DNA from: a virus
Reading direction: 5' to 3' (one strand)
Virus record (IMG/VR): IMGVR_UViG_3300045988_080164
Location: 1 to 50,371 of that record
Length of the DNA: 50,371 bases
Each line of letters begins with the position of its first letter. Position 1 is the first letter of the stretch. Under the pieces are notes generated by a model. That model was not told the origin of the DNA, made no database searches, and saw only the letters and a list, made by a program, of their open reading frames with translations. A program made the position numbers and the translations under genes. Shown here in pieces: positions 25,998 through 34,895 of this stretch.

Positions 25998-26465
25998 TCA
26001 CTCCATATACTTCTGTTTTGCTTCTACTGCTTTTGTATCTGCTAATTCATTTAATGGGTCATCCTTATGTCCGGCAACCTTTACCATTGTAACAGCCATT
26101 CCTTTTGTGTATAAGAGTTTTATCATCTTTTCCCATATGTGTTTATTTTTTACATCTTTTCCGTCTTTTGTTTTCCATCCATTAACATTCCAACGTGAAA
26201 GCCATCCCTTTGTTATAGCGTTCACCACATACGCACTGTCACTGTATATAGTCACCTTTTTCGCTCCACTCTTTAAGGCTTTTACTAACGCTTTGTACAC
26301 TGCTGTTAACTCCATTTCGTTGTTTGTTGTTTCTTTCTTACCACCTGTAACAACATCTGTCACATAACCTCTGTCACAAGCTTTCAAATCTACATAACAC
26401 CAACCACCTGCTCCGGGATTTCCACTACACGCACCATCTGTATAGAATATCTTACTTTTATCCAT
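25998..26465 (-). CDS. rnhA: ribonuclease HI
   Basis: YTDGACSGNPGAGGW, TNNEMELTA, IYSDSAYVVN, HKDDPLNELAD supply the DEDD catalytic pattern; ATG at 26465 follows AAGGAG. Confidence 0.85.
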   Translation of the reverse strand: MDKSKIFYTDGACSGNPGAGGWCYVDLKACDRGYVTDVVTGGKKETTNNEMELTAVYKALVKALKSGAKKVTIYSDSAYVVNAITKGWLSRWNVNGWKTKDGKDVKNKHIWEKMIKLLYTKGMAVTMVKVAGHKDDPLNELADTKAVEAKQKYME

Positions 26466-26862
26466 TTTCTTTTTCTCCTTTTTTAATATCTGCATAGATA
26501 GCAATAATCAACTTTGCAACCATTTCCCACAATGTTTTACCATATATGTTACATACCCATTCACAATTTTCTAGTTTTCCATCTCTGTATGTTTTATGTG
26601 TTAATGTTGCATCATACATTGCAAACTTTCCATTTTCATAATATGGGTGTATTCCTGTTAATCCATTAAAACCATAATTATATTTACAACAGATGCCATG
26701 TAACACTTGCTCTAACAATTCAATCGGTGCTGTTTCTGTTCTTGTATAATTGTTTTTATCTAATAACTTTGCACATGGTTTCACTTTCCATAAGAACCTG
26801 TTTAATAACTTTTTGTTTTCTTCTTTTCTACAATCAATGTTTAATAATTCGCTTGTCTTCAT
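26458..26862 (-). CDS. hypothetical protein, 134 aa
   Basis: ATG at 26862 lies 8 nt after GGAG; the track start at 26889 sits inside the terminator hairpin. Confidence 0.6.
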   Translation of the reverse strand: MKTSELLNIDCRKEENKKLLNRFLWKVKPCAKLLDKNNYTRTETAPIELLEQVLHGICCKYNYGFNGLTGIHPYYENGKFAMYDATLTHKTYRDGKLENCEWVCNIYGKTLWEMVAKLIIAIYADIKKGEKENG

Positions 26863-26873
26863 TCTCTGTTCTC

Positions 26874-26922
26874 CAAAATAAAAAGGCAAGAAATAGAAAA
26901 TACTTCCTACCTCCTGCCTTTT
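26874..26922 (-). terminator. long imperfect hairpin plus U-tract after 26964..27725
   Basis: AAGGCA...UGCCUU outer stem with G-U-rich inner pairing, followed by UUAUUUUGG; the SD of the next gene follows immediately. Confidence 0.45.
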
Positions 26923-26963
26923 ACATTCGCTCTATATTCTATTTATATCTTCTTCAACGATTC

Positions 26964-27725
26964 TTAGATTTCCCACTCGTCATCGTCATCTTCGTCTTCA
27001 TCATCGGCGGCTTCTGCTTCGTCTGCTTTCTTCAACAGTTTTACATAAGCATCTGCTTTCTGTTTTGGCTTTGCCTTAATGCCACGCTCTTTACACATGT
27101 CGAACAACTCTCTTGCGTTCTTACCTGCATATGGGTCTGAATCCTCTTCCTCTTCATCTCCCCAATCATCGTCATCTGCTTCTTCTACAGGTTCAGCTTT
27201 CTTCTGTTTTGCATTTGTTGCTTTCTTAGGCTCTGCTTTTGCTCTTTTTTTCTTTGCTGATGCAGGCTCAATCTCACCGTTATCAAGCTTTGTTAACAGG
27301 TCAATCAGATAATCTTTAGAACGTGACTTACACAGTGAAGAAATTCCTCTTTCACAGCACAGTGCGTACAGTTCTTTTCCTGTCATACCATCATACTCCG
27401 ATTCTGTTTCATCCTCTTCGTCCCAGTCATCTTCCTGTACTGCCTGTTTTGACTTTGGTGTTACCTTTTTAGGTGCTTTCTTTGGTGCTTCTGCTTCTTC
27501 TGCAATATCCTCTACTGAATCTGATTCCATTTCTTTAAGACCTGTCTCTACAACTCTTGCTGTTACCTTTGGAAGTGCTTTCAAAATATCTAACAGATAA
27601 TCATTGTTTGCACATGCAACTGTTCTTGTAAACAGTGGAAATCTACTTCCAATCTCTGCAATGTTTTCCTTGTTGTTTCCCATGATTTCTTTTGCCGCTT
27701 CATATGCGCTCCAATTTGTTGCCAT
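26964..27725 (-). CDS. highly acidic protein with two HeH/SAP-like motifs
   Basis: MTGKELYALCCERGISSLCKSRSKDYLIDLL and KNARELFDMCKERGIKAKPKQKADAYVKLL separated by DDWDEEDE-type runs; ends DDEDEDDDDEWEI. Confidence 0.65.
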   Translation of the reverse strand: MATNWSAYEAAKEIMGNNKENIAEIGSRFPLFTRTVACANNDYLLDILKALPKVTARVVETGLKEMESDSVEDIAEEAEAPKKAPKKVTPKSKQAVQEDDWDEEDETESEYDGMTGKELYALCCERGISSLCKSRSKDYLIDLLTKLDNGEIEPASAKKKRAKAEPKKATNAKQKKAEPVEEADDDDWGDEEEEDSDPYAGKNARELFDMCKERGIKAKPKQKADAYVKLLKKADEAEAADDEDEDDDDEWEI

Positions 27726-27774
27726 AATGTTTTCTCCTTTTCTTCTTACATTTCTTATTTGTTTCTGTGATTAT

Positions 27775-27803
27775 ATATTAACACATTTTGTATTGTGTGT
27801 CAA
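27775..27803 (-). promoter_or_regulatory. promoter TTGACA-N17-TAATAT with TGn
   Basis: Minus strand TTGACAcacaatacaaaatgtgtTAATAT. Confidence 0.7.
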
Positions 27804-27806
27804 CCA

Positions 27807-28085
27807 CTATTTTGTATTTTGTTCATTTTCTTTAAACAATCCTGCTTTGCTACAAGCGTGTGTAATTGCTTTGTACATATTCATAAGTCCATCTTTATTC
27901 ATAATTCCCATAGAACTATGTTTTAAGAAAAGATTTACTTCCTTTCCATCCTCCTGCACTACAAACTGTTCTGCAATCACATAACCAACACTTTCACCTT
28001 TGCTATCGTATGCTTCACTAATTACAACATTTCTGTTTTCTTTTGTCTTAGCTTTTGCAAGTTCCTTGTAATTTAGTCTTCCCAT
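27807..28085 (-). CDS. hypothetical protein, 92 aa
   Basis: ORF with GAAGGTGG SD, coupled to the upstream gene. Confidence 0.6.
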   Translation of the reverse strand: MGRLNYKELAKAKTKENRNVVISEAYDSKGESVGYVIAEQFVVQEDGKEVNLFLKHSSMGIMNKDGLMNMYKAITHACSKAGLFKENEQNTK

Positions 28086-28468
28086 TCTTCGCCACCTTCT
28101 TTCTCAGTGACACTACTATCTGGTAATTCTAACACTGCCATAAATCTTAGCTGAATGAACTCTTCGTCTACAAGACTGCAAATATTATCCAGATTTACAT
28201 TGTCTGTCAGTGACTTAAAAGGTATCATTGCATTGCCATCTTTATCAAAGTTAACAGCACCAATTGTAAAGATACCTAAGTTCATAGCTTTCCCTGTTCC
28301 ACACTTAGCATGTACTGTGATATCACTGTTTAAACCCTGTAGCAGATTTACACTTGTTAACAGTTCATCATATCTGAGTTTGAACTTAACTTGCACAGTC
28401 TTATTCTTTCCAATGCTCAGACCTTGGAACTCAGCTATTCCTTTTTGTTTGAATCTCTTTTTTTCCAA
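28073..28468 (-). CDS. hypothetical protein, 131 aa
   Basis: TTG start 9 nt after AAGGAGAG. Confidence 0.6.
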   Translation of the reverse strand: MEKKRFKQKGIAEFQGLSIGKNKTVQVKFKLRYDELLTSVNLLQGLNSDITVHAKCGTGKAMNLGIFTIGAVNFDKDGNAMIPFKSLTDNVNLDNICSLVDEEFIQLRFMAVLELPDSSVTEKEGGEEWED

Positions 28469-29070
28469 TTTCTTGTTCTCTCCTTCTTCTTTCTTTTTTG
28501 TTCTTCTTCATACTTAACAGATTGTTTTTCTCTATCAAGCTTGTATTTGTTTCTTGCTAACATATTCTTTTTTACTCTGTCTGTATCTATATTAGCATTT
28601 GTTTGTGGCATGAAGTCGAAGACTTCTAAATCCTCAACCCCAACCCCTTCTCCTTTATTATAAGACTTGCCTTTTGTTTTGTCAAGTAGTTTTTGCAAAT
28701 CTTTTTTTACATCATAGAAATTAGCATTATCAATTAATTCTTCTAATACAGATGCCCTTACAAGCTGTTTAAATGCTTCTATATCCGTTTCTTTTACTGC
28801 AAGCCATACTTCATCCACATTAAGGAACTGTAATGCAAATACAGGTAATTTATGTGCTTCAATTGCATTTACTTCTAATGTATGTAATATTGTTTGTTCC
28901 AACCTGTAACTAGCATTGTCTGTAGATTTCAATTCACAAATACAATGTTCATTTTGTCCATCACCTTTATCTATCCATGTTGCACCGCTGTTACGTGTAG
29001 GTTCAAAGCCTAACCTTTGCATTACCTCTGTTTCATTTTTTCTGTACCATTTAGTTGTTCTTTTTGTCAT
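28435..29070 (-). CDS. PD-(D/E)XK-type nuclease-like protein
   Basis: NSGATWIDKGDGQNEHCICELKS gives a D..E-x-K arrangement; basic C-terminal tail. Confidence 0.45.
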   Translation of the reverse strand: MTKRTTKWYRKNETEVMQRLGFEPTRNSGATWIDKGDGQNEHCICELKSTDNASYRLEQTILHTLEVNAIEAHKLPVFALQFLNVDEVWLAVKETDIEAFKQLVRASVLEELIDNANFYDVKKDLQKLLDKTKGKSYNKGEGVGVEDLEVFDFMPQTNANIDTDRVKKNMLARNKYKLDREKQSVKYEEEQKRKKKERTRNWKKRDSNKKE

Positions 29071-29771
29071 TAGATAAAATCATCGTCCTCTTCTACATCT
29101 TCTCTGTGTATTGTTTCTTCTCTGCACTTTTTACAATCTATACAATGCATACACATATAACAATCTCTATAATTTCCAAAACATGATTTTTTATTGTCTT
29201 CTTCTTTTCTCTTCTCTGTGTCTTCTACACAAGATTCTTTATTTTTACAATTGTTGCATTCTAAGTCTTTATCATCATAGCAACCATAACAATCTGGTAC
29301 TGTATCACTACTTTTTGCACATTCTCTTATATATTTACACTTGAAACATTTATCCTGATTTTTATCATATTCATAATTGCCGAAACAAACTGGTATAATA
29401 CCATTCGCTCTTTGTAAATGTTCAAGCATCTTTGTCATTTTTTCATGTAACTCCATTTGTTTACGTTCGGTATTCCAATCACCATTTCTTTCTTTAATAC
29501 CTCTTAATATGTTCCCATTTTCATCTGTTTTGTTATGTAGCTCCATTTCATTTGTCTGTGTGCCATCTTCCATCTCCATAAATGTACAGGCACTTTCTAA
29601 TGTTTGGTGTCTTTCTTCCCTTATCTGTGTTTCTTCCAAGACATCTAATATTCTAAGTGCTGTTACATAATTAATTCTTACATTTGTAAGTTCTTTCTTA
29701 ACAGCCAAATCAATTTGTCTTTTGAATACTTCTTTTAAATCTTTTATATCAATATCTCTAATCACATTCAT
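29070..29771 (-). CDS. Cys-rich hypothetical protein, 233 aa
   Basis: Two CFGNY-initiated Cys clusters (CFGNYEYDKNQDKCFKCKYIREC; CFGNYRDCYMCMHCIDCKKC) plus CYGC..CNNC. Confidence 0.65.
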   Translation of the reverse strand: MNVIRDIDIKDLKEVFKRQIDLAVKKELTNVRINYVTALRILDVLEETQIREERHQTLESACTFMEMEDGTQTNEMELHNKTDENGNILRGIKERNGDWNTERKQMELHEKMTKMLEHLQRANGIIPVCFGNYEYDKNQDKCFKCKYIRECAKSSDTVPDCYGCYDDKDLECNNCKNKESCVEDTEKRKEEDNKKSCFGNYRDCYMCMHCIDCKKCREETIHREDVEEDDDFI

Positions 29772-29961
29772 TTGCTTTTAACTTCCTTTCTGTTTCTTTC
29801 TTTAAGAACGTTATATAGTCCACTTTAGGGCTTTCATAAGCAATGTAATGCTTTCTAGCTTCTATTAGTTCTTTCGTTCCAAACAGGTCTTTAAATGCCA
29901 TCTCAGCCTGTACCATTTCATATGTGTAGTTCTTCAATATATCACTCCTTCCATGTACCAT
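29758..29961 (-). CDS. hypothetical protein, 67 aa (start uncertain)
   Basis: ORF; an alternative TTG start lies 7 nt after GGAAGGAG. Confidence 0.5.
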   Translation of the reverse strand: MVHGRSDILKNYTYEMVQAEMAFKDLFGTKELIEARKHYIAYESPKVDYITFLKKETERKLKANECD

Positions 29962-29979
29962 CTTTTACTGTCCAGTGTC

Positions 29980-30297
29980 TTATTTCATACCTATCATCAT
30001 ATTTGCTAATGTACTAATCATTTGTTTGTCTTTTTCTGTTAACCTATCCCATATCAAAAAACCTGTTGTTCCATCAAAATCATAAAAAGCATATCCATAT
30101 TGTGTATGTTGTGTTATCCACTTTTCATTATGGTATTTTAAAACAGATACTAATTGTTTTGATATTTCATCAAAATGTTTATCTGTCCAAATACTGTTAT
30201 CCCTTTCATAATACAAATAACTGTGTATTGCTATTACACGCTCAAGAAAGTTTGCTTTTAGTTCATCTGTCCAATATGTATTAAACTTATACATCAT
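29980..30297 (-). CDS. hypothetical protein, 105 aa
   Basis: ORF, ATGA-coupled. Confidence 0.6.
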   Translation of the reverse strand: MMYKFNTYWTDELKANFLERVIAIHSYLYYERDNSIWTDKHFDEISKQLVSVLKYHNEKWITQHTQYGYAFYDFDGTTGFLIWDRLTEKDKQMISTLANMMIGMK

Positions 30298-30506
30298 TTC
30301 ACCTCTATTACAAATCTTTCACTATCTAAATTATACCAGATTCCGCTAATATCATTTATATCAATCTTTTTTAGTTCATCTATTTTTGCTTGTTCTGCAA
30401 AAACCTCTCTACCAGATTTGTATCTGATTGTTACATTGTCATAATTTCCATACATAAAACATTCAATAAAATGTAACATATCTAATATTTCAATTTCTTT
30501 TTTCAT
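30294..30506 (-). CDS. hypothetical protein, 70 aa
   Basis: ORF, ATGA-coupled. Confidence 0.6.
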   Translation of the reverse strand: MKKEIEILDMLHFIECFMYGNYDNVTIRYKSGREVFAEQAKIDELKKIDINDISGIWYNLDSERFVIEVK

Positions 30507-30940
30507 TTATTCAACCTTTTATACAAATATTCTTTTTCATCCAACATTGCTATTTTATATGCCATTCTTGCCGCCCTTTTTGCTTCTTTCAATGTAACAA
30601 AAGCATATCCTTCTACACTGAACGATTCTTTTATAATATCAGTTATAACATCATAATATCCATGTTCAAACAAATCATCACAGGAAAATGCTGTGTGTTT
30701 GTCATTCCAATATAACGGGCAATCTTTATAGCAATTGATTCCGTGTTGCACTGTATATTCACAACAAAAACATTTACATTTTATCCATTCATTAGGATAA
30801 GCTTTATTCAAATAATCACATTTATAAAGATATGCTGTTTTTACTGTTCTGTCTACCGAGTAGTCCTTCATAATCTGTCTTGAAATCCACAGCCACATTT
30901 TTCTGTGTTCTGCTATTGCCTGTTCTCTTGTTAATTTCAT
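30503..30940 (-). CDS. Cys-rich hypothetical protein, 145 aa
   Basis: CKCFCCEYTVQHGINCYKDC cluster. Confidence 0.6.
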   Translation of the reverse strand: MKLTREQAIAEHRKMWLWISRQIMKDYSVDRTVKTAYLYKCDYLNKAYPNEWIKCKCFCCEYTVQHGINCYKDCPLYWNDKHTAFSCDDLFEHGYYDVITDIIKESFSVEGYAFVTLKEAKRAARMAYKIAMLDEKEYLYKRLNK

Positions 30941-30946
30941 TTTGTT

Positions 30947-31159
30947 CTACCTCACTATTTCTTTACATAATACCCTATGTACATATTCTAATCTTTCAAT
31001 TAGTTTGATTGCACTGTATACTGTGTCTGCTTTTATTTCTGGTAATTCAAGCGCAATCTCAATTAACCTTGTTTTTAATTCATCTGTATCTAGTTGTTCT
31101 TCTGTATAATCACTATCATCCCAAAAATCTTCTGCATATCTATGAACACTTAACTTCAT
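30947..31159 (-). CDS. hypothetical protein, 70 aa
   Basis: ORF with AGGAGG SD. Confidence 0.6.
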   Translation of the reverse strand: MKLSVHRYAEDFWDDSDYTEEQLDTDELKTRLIEIALELPEIKADTVYSAIKLIERLEYVHRVLCKEIVR

Positions 31160-31171
31160 TTTTGCTACCTC

Positions 31172-31354
31172 CTAACAACAAACATCAACTGTTGTTCCAT
31201 CTGTAAAGTGAACACAATATAATGTCTTTCCTACATAGAAACCACTGTTACCACAGTTTTCTAATTCTTCTACATCCTCATGTTCCTCAATTGCTTCTAA
31301 CTGCTCCATTGTTACTACCTCATTGTCTAATGCTTTAATCTCTGTTCTTGTCAT
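31172..31354 (-). CDS. hypothetical protein, 60 aa
   Basis: ATG at 31354 is 8 nt after GAAGGAGG (the track TTG start lies within the SD). Confidence 0.55.
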   Translation of the reverse strand: MTRTEIKALDNEVVTMEQLEAIEEHEDVEELENCGNSGFYVGKTLYCVHFTDGTTVDVCC

Positions 31355-31399
31355 TGTTTTGTCCTCCTTCAAATTTGTTTTTCTTTATCTTATGTATTT

Positions 31400-31428
31400 A
31401 TTATATAACACTTTGTTCTGTTTGTCAA
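31400..31428 (-). promoter_or_regulatory. promoter TTGACA-N17-TATAAT
   Basis: Minus strand TTGACAaacagaacaaagtgttaTATAAT. Confidence 0.7.
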
Positions 31429-31441
31429 TATTTATTTTGAA

Positions 31442-31696
31442 TTATTTCAAACATTCTACAATGTAATTAAATCTGGCACTGAATTTAACAGAACCTTCTT
31501 TGTTTGGTACAATATGTTCATTTACTCTGTATTGTTTACCTTTATAACTGAAAATGTAGTCTTCTTCGATATATCTTAAAACATGTTCTGGCACATCTCT
31601 TACTGCTACTCTTTTAACATTTGTAACATATGACTTATAAAATTTAACTCCTAATTTGTTATTGTTTGCTCTACTTGCAATTGTTTCTTTATTCAT
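31442..31696 (-). CDS. hypothetical protein, 84 aa
   Basis: ORF with GAAGGAG SD. Confidence 0.6.
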   Translation of the reverse strand: MNKETIASRANNNKLGVKFYKSYVTNVKRVAVRDVPEHVLRYIEEDYIFSYKGKQYRVNEHIVPNKEGSVKFSARFNYIVECLK

Positions 31697-31747
31697 GTTC
31701 TTTTCTCCTTCATACTTTGTATTTATTGTTTTCTTGTTTGTAACTAT

Positions 31748-31776
31748 ACTATAACACTTTTATCTATATATGTCAA
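31748..31776 (-). promoter_or_regulatory. promoter TTGACA-N17-TATAGT with TGn
   Basis: Minus strand TTGACAtatatagataaaagtgtTATAGT. Confidence 0.7.
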
Positions 31777-31850
31777 TAACTAATTTATAACTTTTTATAA
31801 AATACAAGAAAGAAAATATATATAAATATATACAAAAGAAAATTCATTTC

Positions 31851-32135
31851 TCAGAAGTTTATTTGTTTTATTTTGTTTTGTTTGCAATATTGTTTAAAAG
31901 ATTTTATATTATTCCTTTTAAGAATCTCTCTTATCTTGTAAACAGCATCATCTAAATTTATCAATGCTTTTTGTTTTGACGTGTATCTAGTATATCCAAT
32001 CGCAACCCCTGTTTGGTAGTGCGTAATAGAATAACATCTATTCTCTAACTTTACTATAACAATGTTTCTATACTTTGTTTTATAGCATTGTTTCTTTACA
32101 ACTTTTCTATCGCATCCCATTATATTACATTCCAT
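31851..32135 (-). CDS. hypothetical protein, 94 aa
   Basis: ORF with AGGAGG SD. Confidence 0.6.
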   Translation of the reverse strand: MECNIMGCDRKVVKKQCYKTKYRNIVIVKLENRCYSITHYQTGVAIGYTRYTSKQKALINLDDAVYKIREILKRNNIKSFKQYCKQNKIKQINF

Positions 32136-32255
32136 TTTAATTCCTCCTATTTAACGATTTAAGACAGTTTATATGCTTAGCCTAAGAAGATTACATATAA
32201 TATATTATAATGCCTTAAATAAGCAAATAAACGTGCTGTAGACATATACTATAAT

Positions 32256-32285
32256 ATAATAAAAAGGAGAGTTTTTACGCCCTCC
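32256..32285 (-). terminator. intrinsic terminator
   Basis: GGAGGG-CGUAAAAA-CUCUCC (one G-U pair) followed by UUUUUAUUAU, beginning at the TAG stop of 32285..32473. Confidence 0.5.
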
Positions 32286-32473
32286 TAATATTCCGTATAC
32301 TCTAAATTGAAGCCAATATCCTCTAAGTCTTTTGCACACTCTAATATATGTTTTGCTATAATCATTGTTGCTATACTCATATAATCGTTAAATTCTTCCG
32401 GTTCTTCATTCACTTCGTCCAATGCTAACTCTTCTCTTACTTTTCCTGCTATACCTTCATAATGATTTGCCAT
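32285..32473 (-). CDS. hypothetical protein, 62 aa
   Basis: ATG at 32473 follows AGGAGG; the longer track ORF would overlap the upstream gene by 79 nt. Confidence 0.5.
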   Translation of the reverse strand: MANHYEGIAGKVREELALDEVNEEPEEFNDYMSIATMIIAKHILECAKDLEDIGFNLEYTEY

Positions 32474-32490
32474 TCTCTTTTTTCCTCCAA

Positions 32491-32712
32491 TTACTTTTGT
32501 ACTTTTATGTTCAAACAATTCTGATATTTCAAAATTAAACCTCTGTCCCAAAAAGGAAAGACAGTACATTCTTTGTCTAAATACTTTTCTGGTATTTCAC
32601 TTGCTTCGCCATTCCACACAAGTTCCATATTATAGTTCCTAACTATTTCTTGCCATATGTTTACATATTCATCCTTTTTAAATACAACCCCAACCATATC
32701 TTTTAATTTCAT
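32491..32712 (-). CDS. hypothetical protein, 73 aa
   Basis: ORF, TAATG-coupled to the RuvC-like gene. Confidence 0.55.
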   Translation of the reverse strand: MKLKDMVGVVFKKDEYVNIWQEIVRNYNMELVWNGEASEIPEKYLDKECTVFPFWDRGLILKYQNCLNIKVQK

Positions 32713-33338
32713 TAGAATTTTTCCTCCTTTAATTTCTGTTTATGTTCTGGTAAGAATCCATACATAGCAATACAATAGCTGTCTGCTAAGTCATCATTTA
32801 TTTTACAAGGTGTTTTCTTCCCATTTATTTTTATATTTATAACTCCTTGGCTACCCCTTCCGGTATAAGGTTCTACAATGTGTTTTAATAAGCCTTTTGA
32901 ACGTAAATATAAGATTGTTCCGTATTTGTTCGGATTAATACCATATTTATTTTTCATTGACTTTGAATTTCCAACTATTGCATTCTTCCATGCTTTGGTA
33001 TCTACACTATATACAGGTATTTTGTACTTATAAAATGTATCGACTATTGTTGCAACTAACGCCCCTGTCGTTATTAGATATTGTGTGCTAAGATGTCCAC
33101 CGCTAAATGTTCTTATGCGCTCTATAATAACTGTTATGTCTTTTGTTTCAACCTTACAACTTTTTGTAATGCTATGTACTAAACTATTTAAAACATTTTT
33201 CAATTCAAGTCTCTTTTCTGAATTATTTTTACTATTCTTGTAATCAACGCTTGCCATACAAAATATATTTCTATTTTCCAAAACAGTTACACCAGTTCTT
33301 GTATAACTTTCATCTATTCCTATTACTATTTTTGACAT
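32712..33338 (-). CDS. RuvC-like Holliday junction resolvase
   Basis: N-terminal IVIGIDESYTRTG, VIIERI, and C-terminal DDLADSYCIAMYG supply RuvC-type acidic residues. Confidence 0.65.
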   Translation of the reverse strand: MSKIVIGIDESYTRTGVTVLENRNIFCMASVDYKNSKNNSEKRLELKNVLNSLVHSITKSCKVETKDITVIIERIRTFSGGHLSTQYLITTGALVATIVDTFYKYKIPVYSVDTKAWKNAIVGNSKSMKNKYGINPNKYGTILYLRSKGLLKHIVEPYTGRGSQGVINIKINGKKTPCKINDDLADSYCIAMYGFLPEHKQKLKEEKF

Positions 33339-33340
33339 GT

Positions 33341-34111
33341 TTATTCCCTTCCTAAAATATCTTGATTATGAAATAATCTACGCATTGTCCATACCTCATT
33401 AAACCACATAGGTGTAAACCATATCTTTTCAAAATCATCTGGCAACACTGGTTCTGGTTTAATTAATGAGTTGTCATGTATCACATAGCCTGCTATCCCA
33501 TGTAAACTTAACTGTATATAACACATATGTACACAAGTTATATCTATGTCTTGTCCTACAAAGTAAACATGATTCTGATAGTTATATTTATGAAACATTT
33601 CTTTGCATGTTTCGCTTGCACTTATAAGTGTTGCACCTGCACCACATGCAGGGTCATATATGCTTGCATATCCTTTTTTGTGTACTGTTTTTCCAAGTTC
33701 TTTTCTATTAATTGAAAGATTAGACATTACTTCACATACACTGTATGGTGTAAAGAACTGTCCTGCATTTTTGTTTGATATTTGTAACATCATGTACAAT
33801 TCTCCTAGCAAATCTTGGTTTGGTCTTTCTTCCAGTTCTTCTACAATTAATGCGAACATTTGTGGAAAAAGTTTCTGTTCTTTCTTTGAATAATTGTTAA
33901 TAATGCGTAAGTATTCATTCTCTCGTTCTGTATATATTCTTTTATAAGGTTCTTCTTTTGCTAATGGTAAAATACATGTATTTGCTAATGTAATGGCAAA
34001 CAAAGCCATACAATCACTCCATACATTATATGATGATTTGCTGTTACATAACATTTTAAAACCATTCATAAATCTTTTCTTATAGTCTTTGTCTTCTATC
34101 CCTTTAGCCAT
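33341..34111 (-). CDS. HsdM/N6_Mtase-like SAM-binding protein lacking the NPPF/NPPY catalytic motif
   Basis: AGQFFTP (motif X) and IYDPACGAGATLI (motif I) are present; after VIHDNSL no (N/D)PP(F/Y/W) occurs before the stop; ATG 34111 preferred over GTG 34120. Confidence 0.6.
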   Translation of the reverse strand: MAKGIEDKDYKKRFMNGFKMLCNSKSSYNVWSDCMALFAITLANTCILPLAKEEPYKRIYTERENEYLRIINNYSKKEQKLFPQMFALIVEELEERPNQDLLGELYMMLQISNKNAGQFFTPYSVCEVMSNLSINRKELGKTVHKKGYASIYDPACGAGATLISASETCKEMFHKYNYQNHVYFVGQDIDITCVHMCYIQLSLHGIAGYVIHDNSLIKPEPVLPDDFEKIWFTPMWFNEVWTMRRLFHNQDILGRE

Positions 34112-34581
34112 TCTATACACTTCTCCTTTGTTGTGAATACGGGATATTTATCAACCTGCATCCCTCTATATCCTGTATCAATGTTTGCATTTTCACACGA
34201 AAAGCAATCAATGAATGATTTTATATTTTTCTGCCCCGTCATTATCTTTTCTTTTGTAAGATAATATATTGTTGTATTTTTCCTAACACTACATTCCCTT
34301 ACATTACACCGTATCACTACATTGTCTTTGTATCCTTCCCTTTTACTTGCGAATACTACAAATACTGTCTGTTCTGGTTCTAGTTCCAGATAACGCTTTA
34401 CCATAGCTTTGTCTCCTTTCTGTAAGTTCACACCTTCCATATTTTGTGCATAACTCGCAATCTTTGTTCGCCCATGTTCTTCCATATTTGCATTTCTTGT
34501 TTGTTTGCATTGTTTTTCCTCACATTCCATACAGTCTAAATATGTTACTCTTAATTTATATGCTTTACAATATTTAGCCAT
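34096..34581 (-). CDS. hypothetical protein, 161 aa
   Basis: ORF, overlapping-coupled on both sides; N-terminal Cys cluster CKAYK..CMECEEKQC. Confidence 0.6.
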   Translation of the reverse strand: MAKYCKAYKLRVTYLDCMECEEKQCKQTRNANMEEHGRTKIASYAQNMEGVNLQKGDKAMVKRYLELEPEQTVFVVFASKREGYKDNVVIRCNVRECSVRKNTTIYYLTKEKIMTGQKNIKSFIDCFSCENANIDTGYRGMQVDKYPVFTTKEKCIEWLKG

Positions 34582-34807
34582 ATATTTGTACCCAATATTT
34601 TGCTTTCTTCCATAAGTATTCCCATACTTTTATAGAAAGTTCAATACCATATTTTTCTGTAATTTCATCGAGTTCCTTATCTACTGCTTCGGACTCTTCT
34701 TCAATTACAAGTTCCCCCATATCTGAGCCTGCATTTACATCTAAAGTATTCTCATAGTACCATTTCATTGCTTCTTTAATTTCCTTTACCATTGCTTTCT
34801 TCATCAT
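34574..34807 (-). CDS. hypothetical protein, 77 aa
   Basis: ATG at 34807 follows GAAGGAGAAC (the track GTG start lies within the SD). Confidence 0.6.
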   Translation of the reverse strand: MMKKAMVKEIKEAMKWYYENTLDVNAGSDMGELVIEEESEAVDKELDEITEKYGIELSIKVWEYLWKKAKYWVQIYG

Positions 34808-34857
34808 TGTTTTGTTCTCCTTCACTCAATGTTTTACTTGTTCTCTGTTTATGTCTA

Positions 34858-34886
34858 TATAATAACATAGAGGTTGAACAAAGTCA
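34858..34886 (-). promoter_or_regulatory. promoter TTGACT-N17-TATATA with TGn; -35 lies inside a palindrome
   Basis: Minus strand TTGACTttgttcaacctctatgtTATATA. Confidence 0.55.
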
Positions 34887-34888
34887 AC
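34871..34888. repeat. palindrome GGTTGA-N6-TCAACC (copy 1 of 3)
   Basis: ggttgaacaaagtcaacc; its right arm supplies the -35 TTGAC of the adjacent promoter. Confidence 0.85.
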
Positions 34889-34895
34889 CCCTAAT

